Assembly (NCBI GenBank): GCA_007130825.1
Contig: SLRT01000060.1
Coordinates: forward strand, 1 to 61,006
Direction of reading: 5' to 3'
Length of the DNA stretch: 61,006 nt
Source: Syntrophomonadaceae bacterium
Lineage (GTDB): Bacteria > Bacillota > Dethiobacteria > DTU022
The notes under the pieces were generated by a model that was not told where the DNA came from, made no database searches, and was given only the letters and a program-made list of their open reading frames with translations. A program made the position numbers and the translations under genes. Below are positions 19,842 to 28,945 of the stretch, one piece after another. The first letter of the stretch is position 1. Each line of letters starts with the position of its first letter.

Positions 19842-20729
19842 ATGCAAAAACAGTTAGAAGAATATACTAATTATCTTACTGTCGAAAAAGGGTTGGCCAA
19901 AAATACTTTGGAGTCCTACCAGCGCGACCTCCTTAAATTTATTGCTTTTATCAATAAACACAAGATTAACAGTCCGGAAAAGATCGATAGCGAGACTATA
20001 AACTTGTTTCTGGGTGAGCTGAAAACCAACCACAGCGCGACCTCGACCATCTCTCGCACCATAGCTTCAATAAGGTCTTTTTTTAATTTTTTACTAAACG
20101 AGGGCATTATAGATCATAACCCGGCGCTCGAACTGGAGTCGCCGAAGATCGAAAAAAAACTGCCCCGGGTTTTGACCACATCAGAAATAGATCGACTCCT
20201 CGGTCAGCCCAAGGCTGGTGATCAAAAAGGTTTAAGAGACAAGGCGATGTTGGAACTGCTCTATGCCTCCGGAATTCGTGTCTCTGAGCTTATCGACCTT
20301 AATCTCAGTGATTTTGATCCCCGGGTCGGTTACCTGCGCTGTAAAGGTAAGGGACAGAAAGAACGAATTGTTCCCATCGGTTCGGTTGCTATCAATTCTG
20401 TGAATGAGTACATGAACAACTCCCGGATAAAATTGTGCAAAAACAACGGGGAAGTAGCCCTGTTTGTCAATCAACACGGCAATCGCATGACCAGGCAGGG
20501 TTTCTGGAAAATACTAAAGAAATATGCATTTAAATCCAAAATTGACGGTGAGATTACTCCCCATACCATACGTCATTCTTTTGCCACTCATCTGCTCGAA
20601 AACGGAGCAGATCTTCGCTCAGTCCAGGAAATGCTCGGGCATTCTGATATTGCGACCACCCAGATCTACACCCAGATTACCAGAAAGAAAATTAAAGAAG
20701 TCTATGAGAAAGCCCATCCCCGGGCCTGA
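19842..20729 (+). CDS. xerD: Site-specific tyrosine recombinase XerD
   Basis: RDKAMLELLYASG.RVSEL, GKG.KER.VP, TRQGFWK..K, TPHT.RHSFATHLLENGADLRSVQEMLGH.DI.TTQIYT, HPRA end. Confidence 0.95.
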   Translation: MQKQLEEYTNYLTVEKGLAKNTLESYQRDLLKFIAFINKHKINSPEKIDSETINLFLGELKTNHSATSTISRTIASIRSFFNFLLNEGIIDHNPALELESPKIEKKLPRVLTTSEIDRLLGQPKAGDQKGLRDKAMLELLYASGIRVSELIDLNLSDFDPRVGYLRCKGKGQKERIVPIGSVAINSVNEYMNNSRIKLCKNNGEVALFVNQHGNRMTRQGFWKILKKYAFKSKIDGEITPHTIRHSFATHLLENGADLRSVQEMLGHSDIATTQIYTQITRKKIKEVYEKAHPRA

Positions 20730-20867
20730 AACTAGCGCTTCAGCGGTAACTGTAAAAATAACAATTCATTTTAAAATATGAAAAGCAAAACCGGGAATAC
20801 TCCGGGAAAATTATTATTATTTTGCCGGCAGTTTAACCCGCAGTTAATTAAAAACGGGAGTCGTTCG

Positions 20868-23570
20868 GTGAACTTAATAATAACGCATAAAAACGGAGAC
20901 TTTGATGCTTTGGCAGCAGTTGTCGCCGCTTCAAAGCTTTTTACCGGCAGTGCGGTGATCGTCCCGGAACCTTTACAGGCAAATGTTCGCTCTTTTATTA
21001 ACCTTTATCGTGACCTGCTGCCGATCAGTGATCCAAAAGATATTGCAGGAGAAATTAATTCGATTGTGGTCATTGATACAAACCAGAAAGAGCGCCTGGG
21101 AAAATGGGCCGATCTCCTGGAGCGGGCCGGGCAGATAAAAGTATTCGATCACCACCCGGGGGAAGAAGACCTGGGAGCGGATCAGGCCAGAATTGAGGCA
21201 GTCGGGGCGACAACAACCTTACTGCTGGAAGAAATCATCAAAAGAAATATTAAATTCACCGAGTTTGAAGCGACCCTGTTCGCGCTTGGTATTTATGAAG
21301 ACACCGGATGCCTGACTTACGATATTACAACCAGCCGCGATGTCCGCGCTTTGGCTTATCTATGGGAAAGAGGGCTTAATTCCAGCCTGGTGCAGGAATA
21401 CCTCCGTACACCCCTTTCAGACACCCAGAAACAATTACTGGAAAGTTTAATTGAAAACAGCGAATTATACGAATTAAATCAGCGCCGGGTGTTGATCAGC
21501 ACTACAGCGCTCGACGAATATGTCAGCGGAGCATCAGTAATTATTCAGCTTATTGATGAGATCGAAGATGCCGGATTAACGATAATAATTGTGCAGATGA
21601 CCGGTAATATTTATCTTGCTGCCCGCAGCAAAGAAAACGATCTCGATTTGCTGGAATTACTGGCCCCTTTTGATGTTAAAGGTCATCCCGCAGCTGTCTC
21701 AGCGCATTTCAAAGGAGTGGAAGTGGCTAAACTCAAAAAAAGCGTTCTCGAATTTCTAAAAAGTTATCTTCCCCCGGTTATTACCGCTGAAAAGGCGGCT
21801 TCAAAACCGGTTTTTACCGTTAAAAGCGATACCAGCATTAATGAGACCGATCAACTGCTTGCCGAGCGCTGTTTTCAGGGCTGTCCGGTTCTCGGAGAAT
21901 ACGAAGAGCTGGTCGGGATAGTTTCCCGCCGCGACCTGCGTAAAGGTTTGCGCAGTGATCTCGGCCACGCCCCGGTAAAGGGATTTATGACCCGCCGGCT
22001 GATTACCGCTTCGCCCGATCAACCGCTGAATGAACTGCGCCGGTTAATGGTCGAGCATAATATCGGCCGGGTGCCGATTGTTAACCGGGAAGGCAGGCCG
22101 GTGGGCATAGTGACCCGTTCCGATATTTTGAAACATATCAGCTTCCTGGACAGGCAGGGGCGATCCCTGAAAGAAAATAAATCAACCGAACCGCCGGGTG
22201 GTTTTAAAGCGGAGAGCGATAATAATAAAAGTGAAAGCGGGCATGATCATTGCGGCAAAAGCGCTACAAATAACCTCAGTTCCCTGTTAAACAGCGAACT
22301 GCCGGCCCGGATGCATAAATTGCTCTTGCTGATCAAGCAGTTGGCCGGACAGGAAAATGTGCATGTTTATCTGGTCGGAGGAATAATCCGCGACTTACTG
22401 CTTGGCCATCCTCCGGAAAAAGATCTCGATTTTGTGGTCATCGGCGATGCCGTGGCTTTTACTTTTAACCTGCAGAAATTGCTGGGCGGTGCTGTCAGGC
22501 ACTTTGAAAAGTTCGGCACAGCCTCCCTGCACCTTGACGACGGGTTGAGGCTTGATCTGGTAACTGCGCGCAAAGAATTTTATACATCCCCGGCTGCTCT
22601 GCCCCGGGTGGAGAGATCGAGCTTAAAAAATGATCTTTTCCGCCGCGATTTTACTATAAACACTATGGCCTGTTCATTGGCCGCGGATGATTTTGGCCTG
22701 TTATATGATTATTATAACGGGCGAAAGGATTTGAGGGACAAATTGATCCGGGTCCTTTATAAGCTGAGTTTCGCCGACGATCCCTTGCGTATTTTAAGAG
22801 CCGTGCGTTTTGAACAGCGTTATAATTTTGCTATTGAACCGGAAACACTGAACCTAATTTACAATGCGGCGCAGCGTAAAATTTTGGAAAAAGTAAGCCG
22901 GCAGCGTTTAAACCAGGAATTGCGGATGATCTATAACGAACCTTCTCCGCTAAGTATCCTGAAGCGTTTTGCGCAGCTAAACGTATTTTCCTTTCTCTAT
23001 CCCTGCGCAAAACCGGATGAAGAGACCTGGCATCTTTTAGACAGGATCGAAAAGATTATAAAGTGGATTAACCGGCAGGAGTGGAAGCAAAAGCCCGATC
23101 CGGAGCTGTTATATTTAAGCGGCCTTTTGTTCAGTTTGGATTCTGTTGAAAGGTCTGCTATAATAAGAAAGCTATCTTTATCCCGGGAAAGAGCTTCGAT
23201 AGTATTGAGCGCCTGCCAGGAGGTCCCCGCGGTGCTTGAAAAGTTGAACCGAAAAGCTCTTAATCCCAGCACGGTTGTCGGTTATCTTGAACCACTGCCC
23301 GTAGAAGCCGTGTTGATCGCTTTAGCGATGGCTGAAAGTAAAGTGGCCAGGGATCATCTGAAAAATTATATGGGAGCGCTAAAATATATCCGTCCCAGTT
23401 TAAAGGGCAGTGACCTGAAAAAGCTGGGCCTGGAACCAAGCCCGCGTTATCAAAAAATAATCGCAAGCCTCAGGCAGGCGCTTTTGGACGGAAAAGTGCG
23501 CACCCCGCAGGAAGAACTTGATTACGTGATCAACTACCTGGAAGCAGATAAGAGGAAGGAGGAATATTAA
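20868..23570 (+). CDS. DHH + CBS + tRNA nucleotidyltransferase (CCA/A-adding type) fusion
   Basis: TH.NGDFDA and FDHH (DHH), CBS pair, LVGG.IRDLLL...DLD, DLFRRDFTIN, DDPLRILRA.RF. GTG start at 20868 after GGGAG. Confidence 0.88.
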   Translation: MNLIITHKNGDFDALAAVVAASKLFTGSAVIVPEPLQANVRSFINLYRDLLPISDPKDIAGEINSIVVIDTNQKERLGKWADLLERAGQIKVFDHHPGEEDLGADQARIEAVGATTTLLLEEIIKRNIKFTEFEATLFALGIYEDTGCLTYDITTSRDVRALAYLWERGLNSSLVQEYLRTPLSDTQKQLLESLIENSELYELNQRRVLISTTALDEYVSGASVIIQLIDEIEDAGLTIIIVQMTGNIYLAARSKENDLDLLELLAPFDVKGHPAAVSAHFKGVEVAKLKKSVLEFLKSYLPPVITAEKAASKPVFTVKSDTSINETDQLLAERCFQGCPVLGEYEELVGIVSRRDLRKGLRSDLGHAPVKGFMTRRLITASPDQPLNELRRLMVEHNIGRVPIVNREGRPVGIVTRSDILKHISFLDRQGRSLKENKSTEPPGGFKAESDNNKSESGHDHCGKSATNNLSSLLNSELPARMHKLLLLIKQLAGQENVHVYLVGGIIRDLLLGHPPEKDLDFVVIGDAVAFTFNLQKLLGGAVRHFEKFGTASLHLDDGLRLDLVTARKEFYTSPAALPRVERSSLKNDLFRRDFTINTMACSLAADDFGLLYDYYNGRKDLRDKLIRVLYKLSFADDPLRILRAVRFEQRYNFAIEPETLNLIYNAAQRKILEKVSRQRLNQELRMIYNEPSPLSILKRFAQLNVFSFLYPCAKPDEETWHLLDRIEKIIKWINRQEWKQKPDPELLYLSGLLFSLDSVERSAIIRKLSLSRERASIVLSACQEVPAVLEKLNRKALNPSTVVGYLEPLPVEAVLIALAMAESKVARDHLKNYMGALKYIRPSLKGSDLKKLGLEPSPRYQKIIASLRQALLDGKVRTPQEELDYVINYLEADKRKEEY

Positions 23571-23571
23571 G

Positions 23572-24219
23572 ATGATTTTCGGTCAGGATCTGACTGTTAT
23601 TGCCGCGCGCATACCGGTTTTACTGATCGTAATAACGGTTCATGAATTTGCCCATGCCCGGATGGCTTACCATTTCGGCGATAGCACCGCGCAGAGGCAG
23701 GGACGGATGAACCTTAACCCGATAAATCACCTTGATCCGATCGGATCTTTGATGATTCTGCTGGTCGGCTTCGGTTGGGCCAAGCCGGTGCCGATCAACC
23801 CGATGAATTTTAATCAGTACCGTTCAGGCTTACGCTGGGTATCTTTTGCGGGGCCGATGAGTAACCTGATCTTCGGTTTTTTCAGTTTACTGCTTTTTTC
23901 AATTATAATGAACAGCGCCCTCCTGGCAAACCAGGAGGTCTATAGAATCTTCAATATATTCATGAGCCAGTTAATTATGATTAATATCTACCTGGCCCTT
24001 TTTAACTTGCTGCCGATTCCCCCGCTGGATGGTTCCAAGATTCTGATGTCTTTTCTTTCAGATGCCAATCTTGGGCTTTACCAGCAGCTTGAGCGTTATG
24101 CGCCTTTGATTTTGATCGGGCTGATAATTACCGGGGTGCTGGGTGGGATAATTTTTCCGCTGGCGCAAGCAGTTTTATCTTTTTATACTTTAATAATCAG
24201 CTTTATTCCCGGTTTATAA
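23572..24219 (+). CDS. Site-2 protease (M50) family membrane metalloprotease
   Basis: HEFAH, GWAKPVP, AGP.SN, FNLLPIPPLDG. Confidence 0.92.
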   Translation: MIFGQDLTVIAARIPVLLIVITVHEFAHARMAYHFGDSTAQRQGRMNLNPINHLDPIGSLMILLVGFGWAKPVPINPMNFNQYRSGLRWVSFAGPMSNLIFGFFSLLLFSIIMNSALLANQEVYRIFNIFMSQLIMINIYLALFNLLPIPPLDGSKILMSFLSDANLGLYQQLERYAPLILIGLIITGVLGGIIFPLAQAVLSFYTLIISFIPGL

Positions 24220-24252
24220 CCAGGCTAAAGATTACAGGGAGGACAGCAGCAG

Positions 24253-25239
24253 ATGGAAAAAAAGACAGTGTTTTCAGGAATTCAGGCCTCGGGTTCCCTG
24301 CATTTGGGAAATTATTTGGGAGCTATCCGTAACTGGGCATCGATGCAGTACGAGTACAACAATTACTTCTGCGTGGTTGATCTGCATACGATCACCATTT
24401 CCCAGGATCCTTCCACCCTGCGAGCGAAAATCAGGGAGGTGGCCGGACTGCTTTTTGCTGCCGGCATTAACGAAGAAAATTCGGTAGTTTATATCCAGTC
24501 TGAGGTCAAAGAGCATTCCGAATTAGCCTGGATTTTAAACTGTATAACCCCGTTAGGCTGGTTACACCGGATGACCCAGTTCAAGGAAAAATCAGAAACC
24601 CAAAAAGAAGAAGTAAGTGTCGGTCTTTTTGATTACCCGGTTTTACAGGCAGCCGATATCCTGCTTTATGATGCCCATCTGGTTCCGGTGGGAGAAGATC
24701 AGCGGCAGCACGTGGAACTTTGCCGGGATATTGCTCAACGCTTTAATTATCGATATGGCCAGGTTTTTCTTCCGCCTGAAGCATTTATAGCTCCTTTTGG
24801 GGGACGGGTTATGGGCCTTGCCAATCCCGATAAAAAAATGAGCAAAAGCGAAGAAAAACAGGAAGATTCGATCTCCTTGCTCGATTCACCGGATCAGATT
24901 CGCGGTAAGATTAAGAAAGCGACCACCGATTCATTACGGGACATTCGTTTTAATCAAGAGCGTCCCGGCGTCAATAACCTGTTAACAATCTACCAGTTGT
25001 TAACTGAAAAAAATCAGGAGGAAATCGAAAATCACTTTGCCGGTAAGTCCTATAAAGACTTAAAGGAGCAGTTGGCCGAGGTAGTGATAGAAAGCTTGCG
25101 TCCCCTGCAGGAGCGTTACAATGAGCTGACCGGAGAACAAGGCTGTCTAGAGGAAATGCTAGCAAGGGGCGCTGAGCGGGCCGGAGCCCAGGCGGAAAGA
25201 AAAATACGCCAGGTCCAGGAGTCGATGGGTCTGCGCTAA
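24253..25239 (+). CDS. trpS: Tryptophanyl-tRNA synthetase
   Basis: SGIQ.SG.LHLGNYLGA, YPVLQAADILLY, VPVGEDQ.QH.EL, KMSKS. Confidence 0.97.
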   Translation: MEKKTVFSGIQASGSLHLGNYLGAIRNWASMQYEYNNYFCVVDLHTITISQDPSTLRAKIREVAGLLFAAGINEENSVVYIQSEVKEHSELAWILNCITPLGWLHRMTQFKEKSETQKEEVSVGLFDYPVLQAADILLYDAHLVPVGEDQRQHVELCRDIAQRFNYRYGQVFLPPEAFIAPFGGRVMGLANPDKKMSKSEEKQEDSISLLDSPDQIRGKIKKATTDSLRDIRFNQERPGVNNLLTIYQLLTEKNQEEIENHFAGKSYKDLKEQLAEVVIESLRPLQERYNELTGEQGCLEEMLARGAERAGAQAERKIRQVQESMGLR

Positions 25240-25381
25240 ATATTTTCCTGCTCCGGGGTATAAATTTATCTGTTTAACGGTTTTGATCAAACAATACCAT
25301 CTGCTGATATTTGCGATTCCTGTTACAATCCAGGCGGTAATCTACCAGGCGGTAATTTAGGTAATTTAAAGGAAGATTTTG

Positions 25382-26197
25382 ATGGTGCAGCAAGAAGAAT
25401 ATACAATCAAGCTTCCGACTTTTGAAGGGCCTTTTGACCTTTTGTTTCATTTAATCAAGAAGGCCGAGGTCGATATTTGGTCTATTTCAATTGCCGATAT
25501 TACAGAACAATACCTGGCATACCTGCAGTCGATGAAAGAGTTAAATTTAGATATAGCGAGTGAATTTTTAGTTATGGCCGCGACCCTGCTCCGCTTGAAA
25601 TCGAAACTGCTGTTACCGCGCGCACCGCGGTCGGAGGAAATGGAAGAAGAGGAAGAACTGTTTGAGATCAACACTGCTGAAGAGTTATTTCAACGCCTGG
25701 AAGAATACCGGCTTTTTAAAGAGGTTGCCCATTACCTGCAGCAGAAGGAGGAAGACCAGAAAAAAGTATTTTTAAGATCCACCGGGGGACAAAAGGTAAT
25801 GGTTTTTACTCAGCAGGAGTCGGTTTATACAATCTGGGAAGGCGCCCACCACCTCAGTGATATTATGCAACGGTTCGCCAGGGTCGCTTTAGCAGGCGAA
25901 TATATGCCCGCTTTTAGCGCGGTTGAAGATTTCGTTATTTCCCAAAAGGCCGACTATATACAATCTGTGCTGAACCAGAAAAAACGGGCGATGCCGATGA
26001 AAGCCTTTGTTACAAAGACCGGTCTGTGGGATATTATCGTCGTATTTATTGCCCTTCTCGAAATGTCCCGCCAGGGTAAGGTTAATCTTTTACAGGAAAA
26101 ACCGTTTGGAGCCATACTGGTTTCATTAAAGCCGGAATCGGAAATGGTGGAGAAGGAGGGTGAAAGTGGAGAAAGAACAACAAAAAAAGACTATTGA
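25382..26197 (+). CDS. scpA: Segregation and condensation protein A
   Basis: FEGPFDLL.HLI, ITEQYL, ASEFLVMAATLL..KS..LLP, F.A.LE. Confidence 0.92.
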   Translation: MVQQEEYTIKLPTFEGPFDLLFHLIKKAEVDIWSISIADITEQYLAYLQSMKELNLDIASEFLVMAATLLRLKSKLLLPRAPRSEEMEEEEELFEINTAEELFQRLEEYRLFKEVAHYLQQKEEDQKKVFLRSTGGQKVMVFTQQESVYTIWEGAHHLSDIMQRFARVALAGEYMPAFSAVEDFVISQKADYIQSVLNQKKRAMPMKAFVTKTGLWDIIVVFIALLEMSRQGKVNLLQEKPFGAILVSLKPESEMVEKEGESGERTTKKDY

Positions 26198-26735
26198 AGC
26201 CCTGCTTTTTCTAAGCGAAGAACCGGTAAAACCGGATAAATTAGCGGTGGTTCTTTCAGCCGCCCCCGAAGAGGCTGAAGCGATGGTCCGCGAACTGCAA
26301 GAAGATCTTTTCTCCGCCGGCCGAGGATTACAGGTGTTTGAAACTGCGGGCGGTTACCAGATGGGCACCCTTCCCGAACTAGCTCCTTACCTGGAAAAAG
26401 CTTTCAGTGAAGATATTTCCAGCAATTTATCCAATGCGGCGCTGGAAGCGCTGGCTATCATTGCTTACAAACAGCCGGTGACCAGGATTGAAATTGAATC
26501 AATTCGGGGAGTCAGAAGTAAACATGTCCTCGAAAATTTGGTTAAAAGAAAACTGATAAAAATTAGCGGTCGAAAAGATGGGCCGGGAAGGCCGATTTTA
26601 TATGGAACTACTGCCGATTTTCTGAAATATTTCGGTTTAAAAGATCTCGGTGACCTTCCTCAGCTAGAGGTGGAGGAAGAAGAAACAAAAACAGTGCAGC
26701 AGGACGAAGCGGACGATAATTCTGCTCAGGCCTAG
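26160..26735 (+). CDS. scpB: Segregation and condensation protein B
   Basis: IEALLF, AGGYQ..T, LS.AALE.LAIIAYKQPVTR.EIE.IRGV, GRP.LYGTT..FL.YFGL. Confidence 0.95.
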   Translation: MKVEKEQQKKTIEALLFLSEEPVKPDKLAVVLSAAPEEAEAMVRELQEDLFSAGRGLQVFETAGGYQMGTLPELAPYLEKAFSEDISSNLSNAALEALAIIAYKQPVTRIEIESIRGVRSKHVLENLVKRKLIKISGRKDGPGRPILYGTTADFLKYFGLKDLGDLPQLEVEEEETKTVQQDEADDNSAQA

Positions 26736-26773
26736 CGTGAGTTTATCAGTTTTTTTAAAATGGAGTTTTGATT

Positions 26774-27493
26774 ATGCGCCTGGCAAAATATTTGGCTAAA
26801 GCCGGTGTATCCTCGCGCCGCCGGGCCGAAAGTATTATCAGGCAGGGCCGGGTTCGAATCAACGGTACAATCGCTGATCAGCCCCAGGCCAGGGTCGGGG
26901 AAGGCGATTCTGTAACTGTTGATGGTAAACTGATCGGGCCTGTTGAAAAAAAAATGTATCTGCTTCTAAATAAACCACCCGGTTATATTTCCACGGTTTA
27001 TGATACCCATGACCGCCCGACGGTAATGAATTTGGTTGAAAATATTGAACTCCGCCTTTATCCGGTGGGCAGGTTGGATGCAGACACCAGTGGTGTGCTG
27101 TTAATGACCAATGACGGGGAGCTGGCCTACCGGCTGACCCATCCCCGTTACCGGGTTAAGAAAATTTACCATGCCCGGATCAGCGGCCTGCCGGGTGGTG
27201 ATAAGCTCAAGCAGCTGCGTAAAGGAATTCTTGTCGACGGGGAAAGAACAGCGCCTGCAGCTGTGCGGGTGTTGAAAACTTCCGGTCATCACAATACTGC
27301 TCTCCTGGAGATAACCCTTACTGAAGGCAGAAAGCGACAGGTTAAAAAAATGTGCGCGGCAATTGATTGCCCGGTAACTGAACTGCGCCGGGTAAGTTTT
27401 GCCGGGTTGAGCACCGGAGACCTGCCTGAAGGGGCATACCGTTTCCTGACAGAACAGGAGATAAAAGATCTGTACCAACTGGTCGATCTATAA
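26774..27493 (+). CDS. rluB: 23S rRNA pseudouridine synthase (RluB/RsuA family)
   Basis: MRL.KYLA.AGV.SRR.AE (S4), LNKP.G, YPVGRLD.DTSG.LL.TNDG, EGR.RQV..M. Confidence 0.9.
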   Translation: MRLAKYLAKAGVSSRRRAESIIRQGRVRINGTIADQPQARVGEGDSVTVDGKLIGPVEKKMYLLLNKPPGYISTVYDTHDRPTVMNLVENIELRLYPVGRLDADTSGVLLMTNDGELAYRLTHPRYRVKKIYHARISGLPGGDKLKQLRKGILVDGERTAPAAVRVLKTSGHHNTALLEITLTEGRKRQVKKMCAAIDCPVTELRRVSFAGLSTGDLPEGAYRFLTEQEIKDLYQLVDL

Positions 27494-27593
27494 TCGCTTT
27501 GCCGATCTTGCAAATTATCAATATTAATGAGAGAATAGAAATGCTTTTAACCGGAAGCCGCAGAGACTTAAAGCTGAAACTTCAGGGAGCAAA

Positions 27594-28271
27594 ATGTCTC
27601 AAAAAAACAACTATCCTAAAATTGCTATCGACGGCCCGGCAGGAACCGGAAAAAGCACGGTTACCCGTGAGGTGTCCCGTCGCTTGAGACTGAAATATTT
27701 AGATACCGGGGCCATGTACCGCGCCATTACCCTGAAATTGTTACGTGAAAAAGTGGATTTATCCGATGATCAGGCGCTTGAAGATATTTTGCAAAGAACT
27801 GTGATCAAACTTAACGACAAACAGGAAGTTTTTCTTAATGGTGAAGATGTAACTGAAGAAATCCGCGGAGCTGCGGTGAATAAAATGGTTTCCCCGGTAG
27901 CGGCTATTTCACGGGTTCGCCGGCGGCTGGTTGAAATGCAAAGAGCAATCGCTGCAGAATCTGGCGGGATTGTCATGGAAGGACGAGACATCGCATCTAA
28001 AGTGATGCCGGATGCAGATTTTAAGTTTTACCTTGATGCCACCCTGGCGGAAAGGGCCAGGCGGCGCTGGAAAGAACAAAATGATAAAGGGATTATTCTC
28101 TCGGGTGAAGAAGTTATGGCAGAGATAAAAAACAGGGACAGTATCGATTCGAAAAGAGACGATTCTCCGCTGACCAGTGTGTTTGACGCGATAGTAATTG
28201 ATACTACCAGTATGGATTTTGAAGCAGTGGTAGATAAAATTGTAGATACTATAAGCGCTGATTTGCCCTGA
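27594..28271 (+). CDS. cmk: Cytidylate kinase
   Basis: IAIDGPAGTGKST, YLDTGAMYRA, VMEGRDI, RD..D..R..SPL. Confidence 0.95.
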   Translation: MSQKNNYPKIAIDGPAGTGKSTVTREVSRRLRLKYLDTGAMYRAITLKLLREKVDLSDDQALEDILQRTVIKLNDKQEVFLNGEDVTEEIRGAAVNKMVSPVAAISRVRRRLVEMQRAIAAESGGIVMEGRDIASKVMPDADFKFYLDATLAERARRRWKEQNDKGIILSGEEVMAEIKNRDSIDSKRDDSPLTSVFDAIVIDTTSMDFEAVVDKIVDTISADLP

Positions 28272-28281
28272 AAAAAGCCAG

Positions 28282-28896
28282 GTGAATAATTTGCTTTATC
28301 AACTTGTACGCTTATTTTTTGCCATAGTACTAAAAATACTATATCGACCGAGGGTGCATGGATCAGAATACATCCCCAAGCGCAAGCCGTTTATTATTTG
28401 CTCTAACCATTTGAACTGGTTGGATCCTTTGACGGTGGGAATTTCACTCCCGGCCGGTTACCGGATTCACTTTATGGCCAAGAAAGAGTTGTTCAGTAAT
28501 TTCATTTTTTCTTACCTGCTTCGTAAAACAGGGGCCTTTCCGCTAAACCGTAAAAGCGCTGACTATGCGGCGATGAGGAAGTCTTACCAGCTTTTACAGG
28601 ATCGGCAGATTGTGGGTCTTTTCCCGGAGGGGTCCCGGAGTAAAAACGGAAAACTGCAAAAGGCTTATCATGGAGCAGCTTTGATTGCCGCTCGCAGCGG
28701 AGTGCCGATTTTACCGGTGGCTATCGCCGGGCCTTACCGACTTTTTAAGCCCCTCGATGTTTTTATCGGACCGCCTTTCGTTTTGCCTCCACTGACTTAT
28801 AAGCAAAAAGCGGAAAAGAAGGCCCAACTGGAAGAAATGAGCGGCTGTATAATGGAGCATATCAGAAAACTGCTCCCTGGATGTCAAAGCAGGTAG
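28282..28896 (+). CDS. plsC: 1-acyl-sn-glycerol-3-phosphate acyltransferase
   Basis: NH....D, FMAKKELF, FPEGSRS. Confidence 0.9.
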   Translation: MNNLLYQLVRLFFAIVLKILYRPRVHGSEYIPKRKPFIICSNHLNWLDPLTVGISLPAGYRIHFMAKKELFSNFIFSYLLRKTGAFPLNRKSADYAAMRKSYQLLQDRQIVGLFPEGSRSKNGKLQKAYHGAALIAARSGVPILPVAIAGPYRLFKPLDVFIGPPFVLPPLTYKQKAEKKAQLEEMSGCIMEHIRKLLPGCQSR

Positions 28897-28945
28897 AATA
28901 AAGCCGGTAGTATTTTATGCTGGTTAAACAAGTTGGAGTGATCTT

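Noticed and set aside
19842-20729. Tyrosine recombinase as a prophage or island integrase
   Set aside because: Sequence and nudF synteny identify it as the housekeeping XerD.
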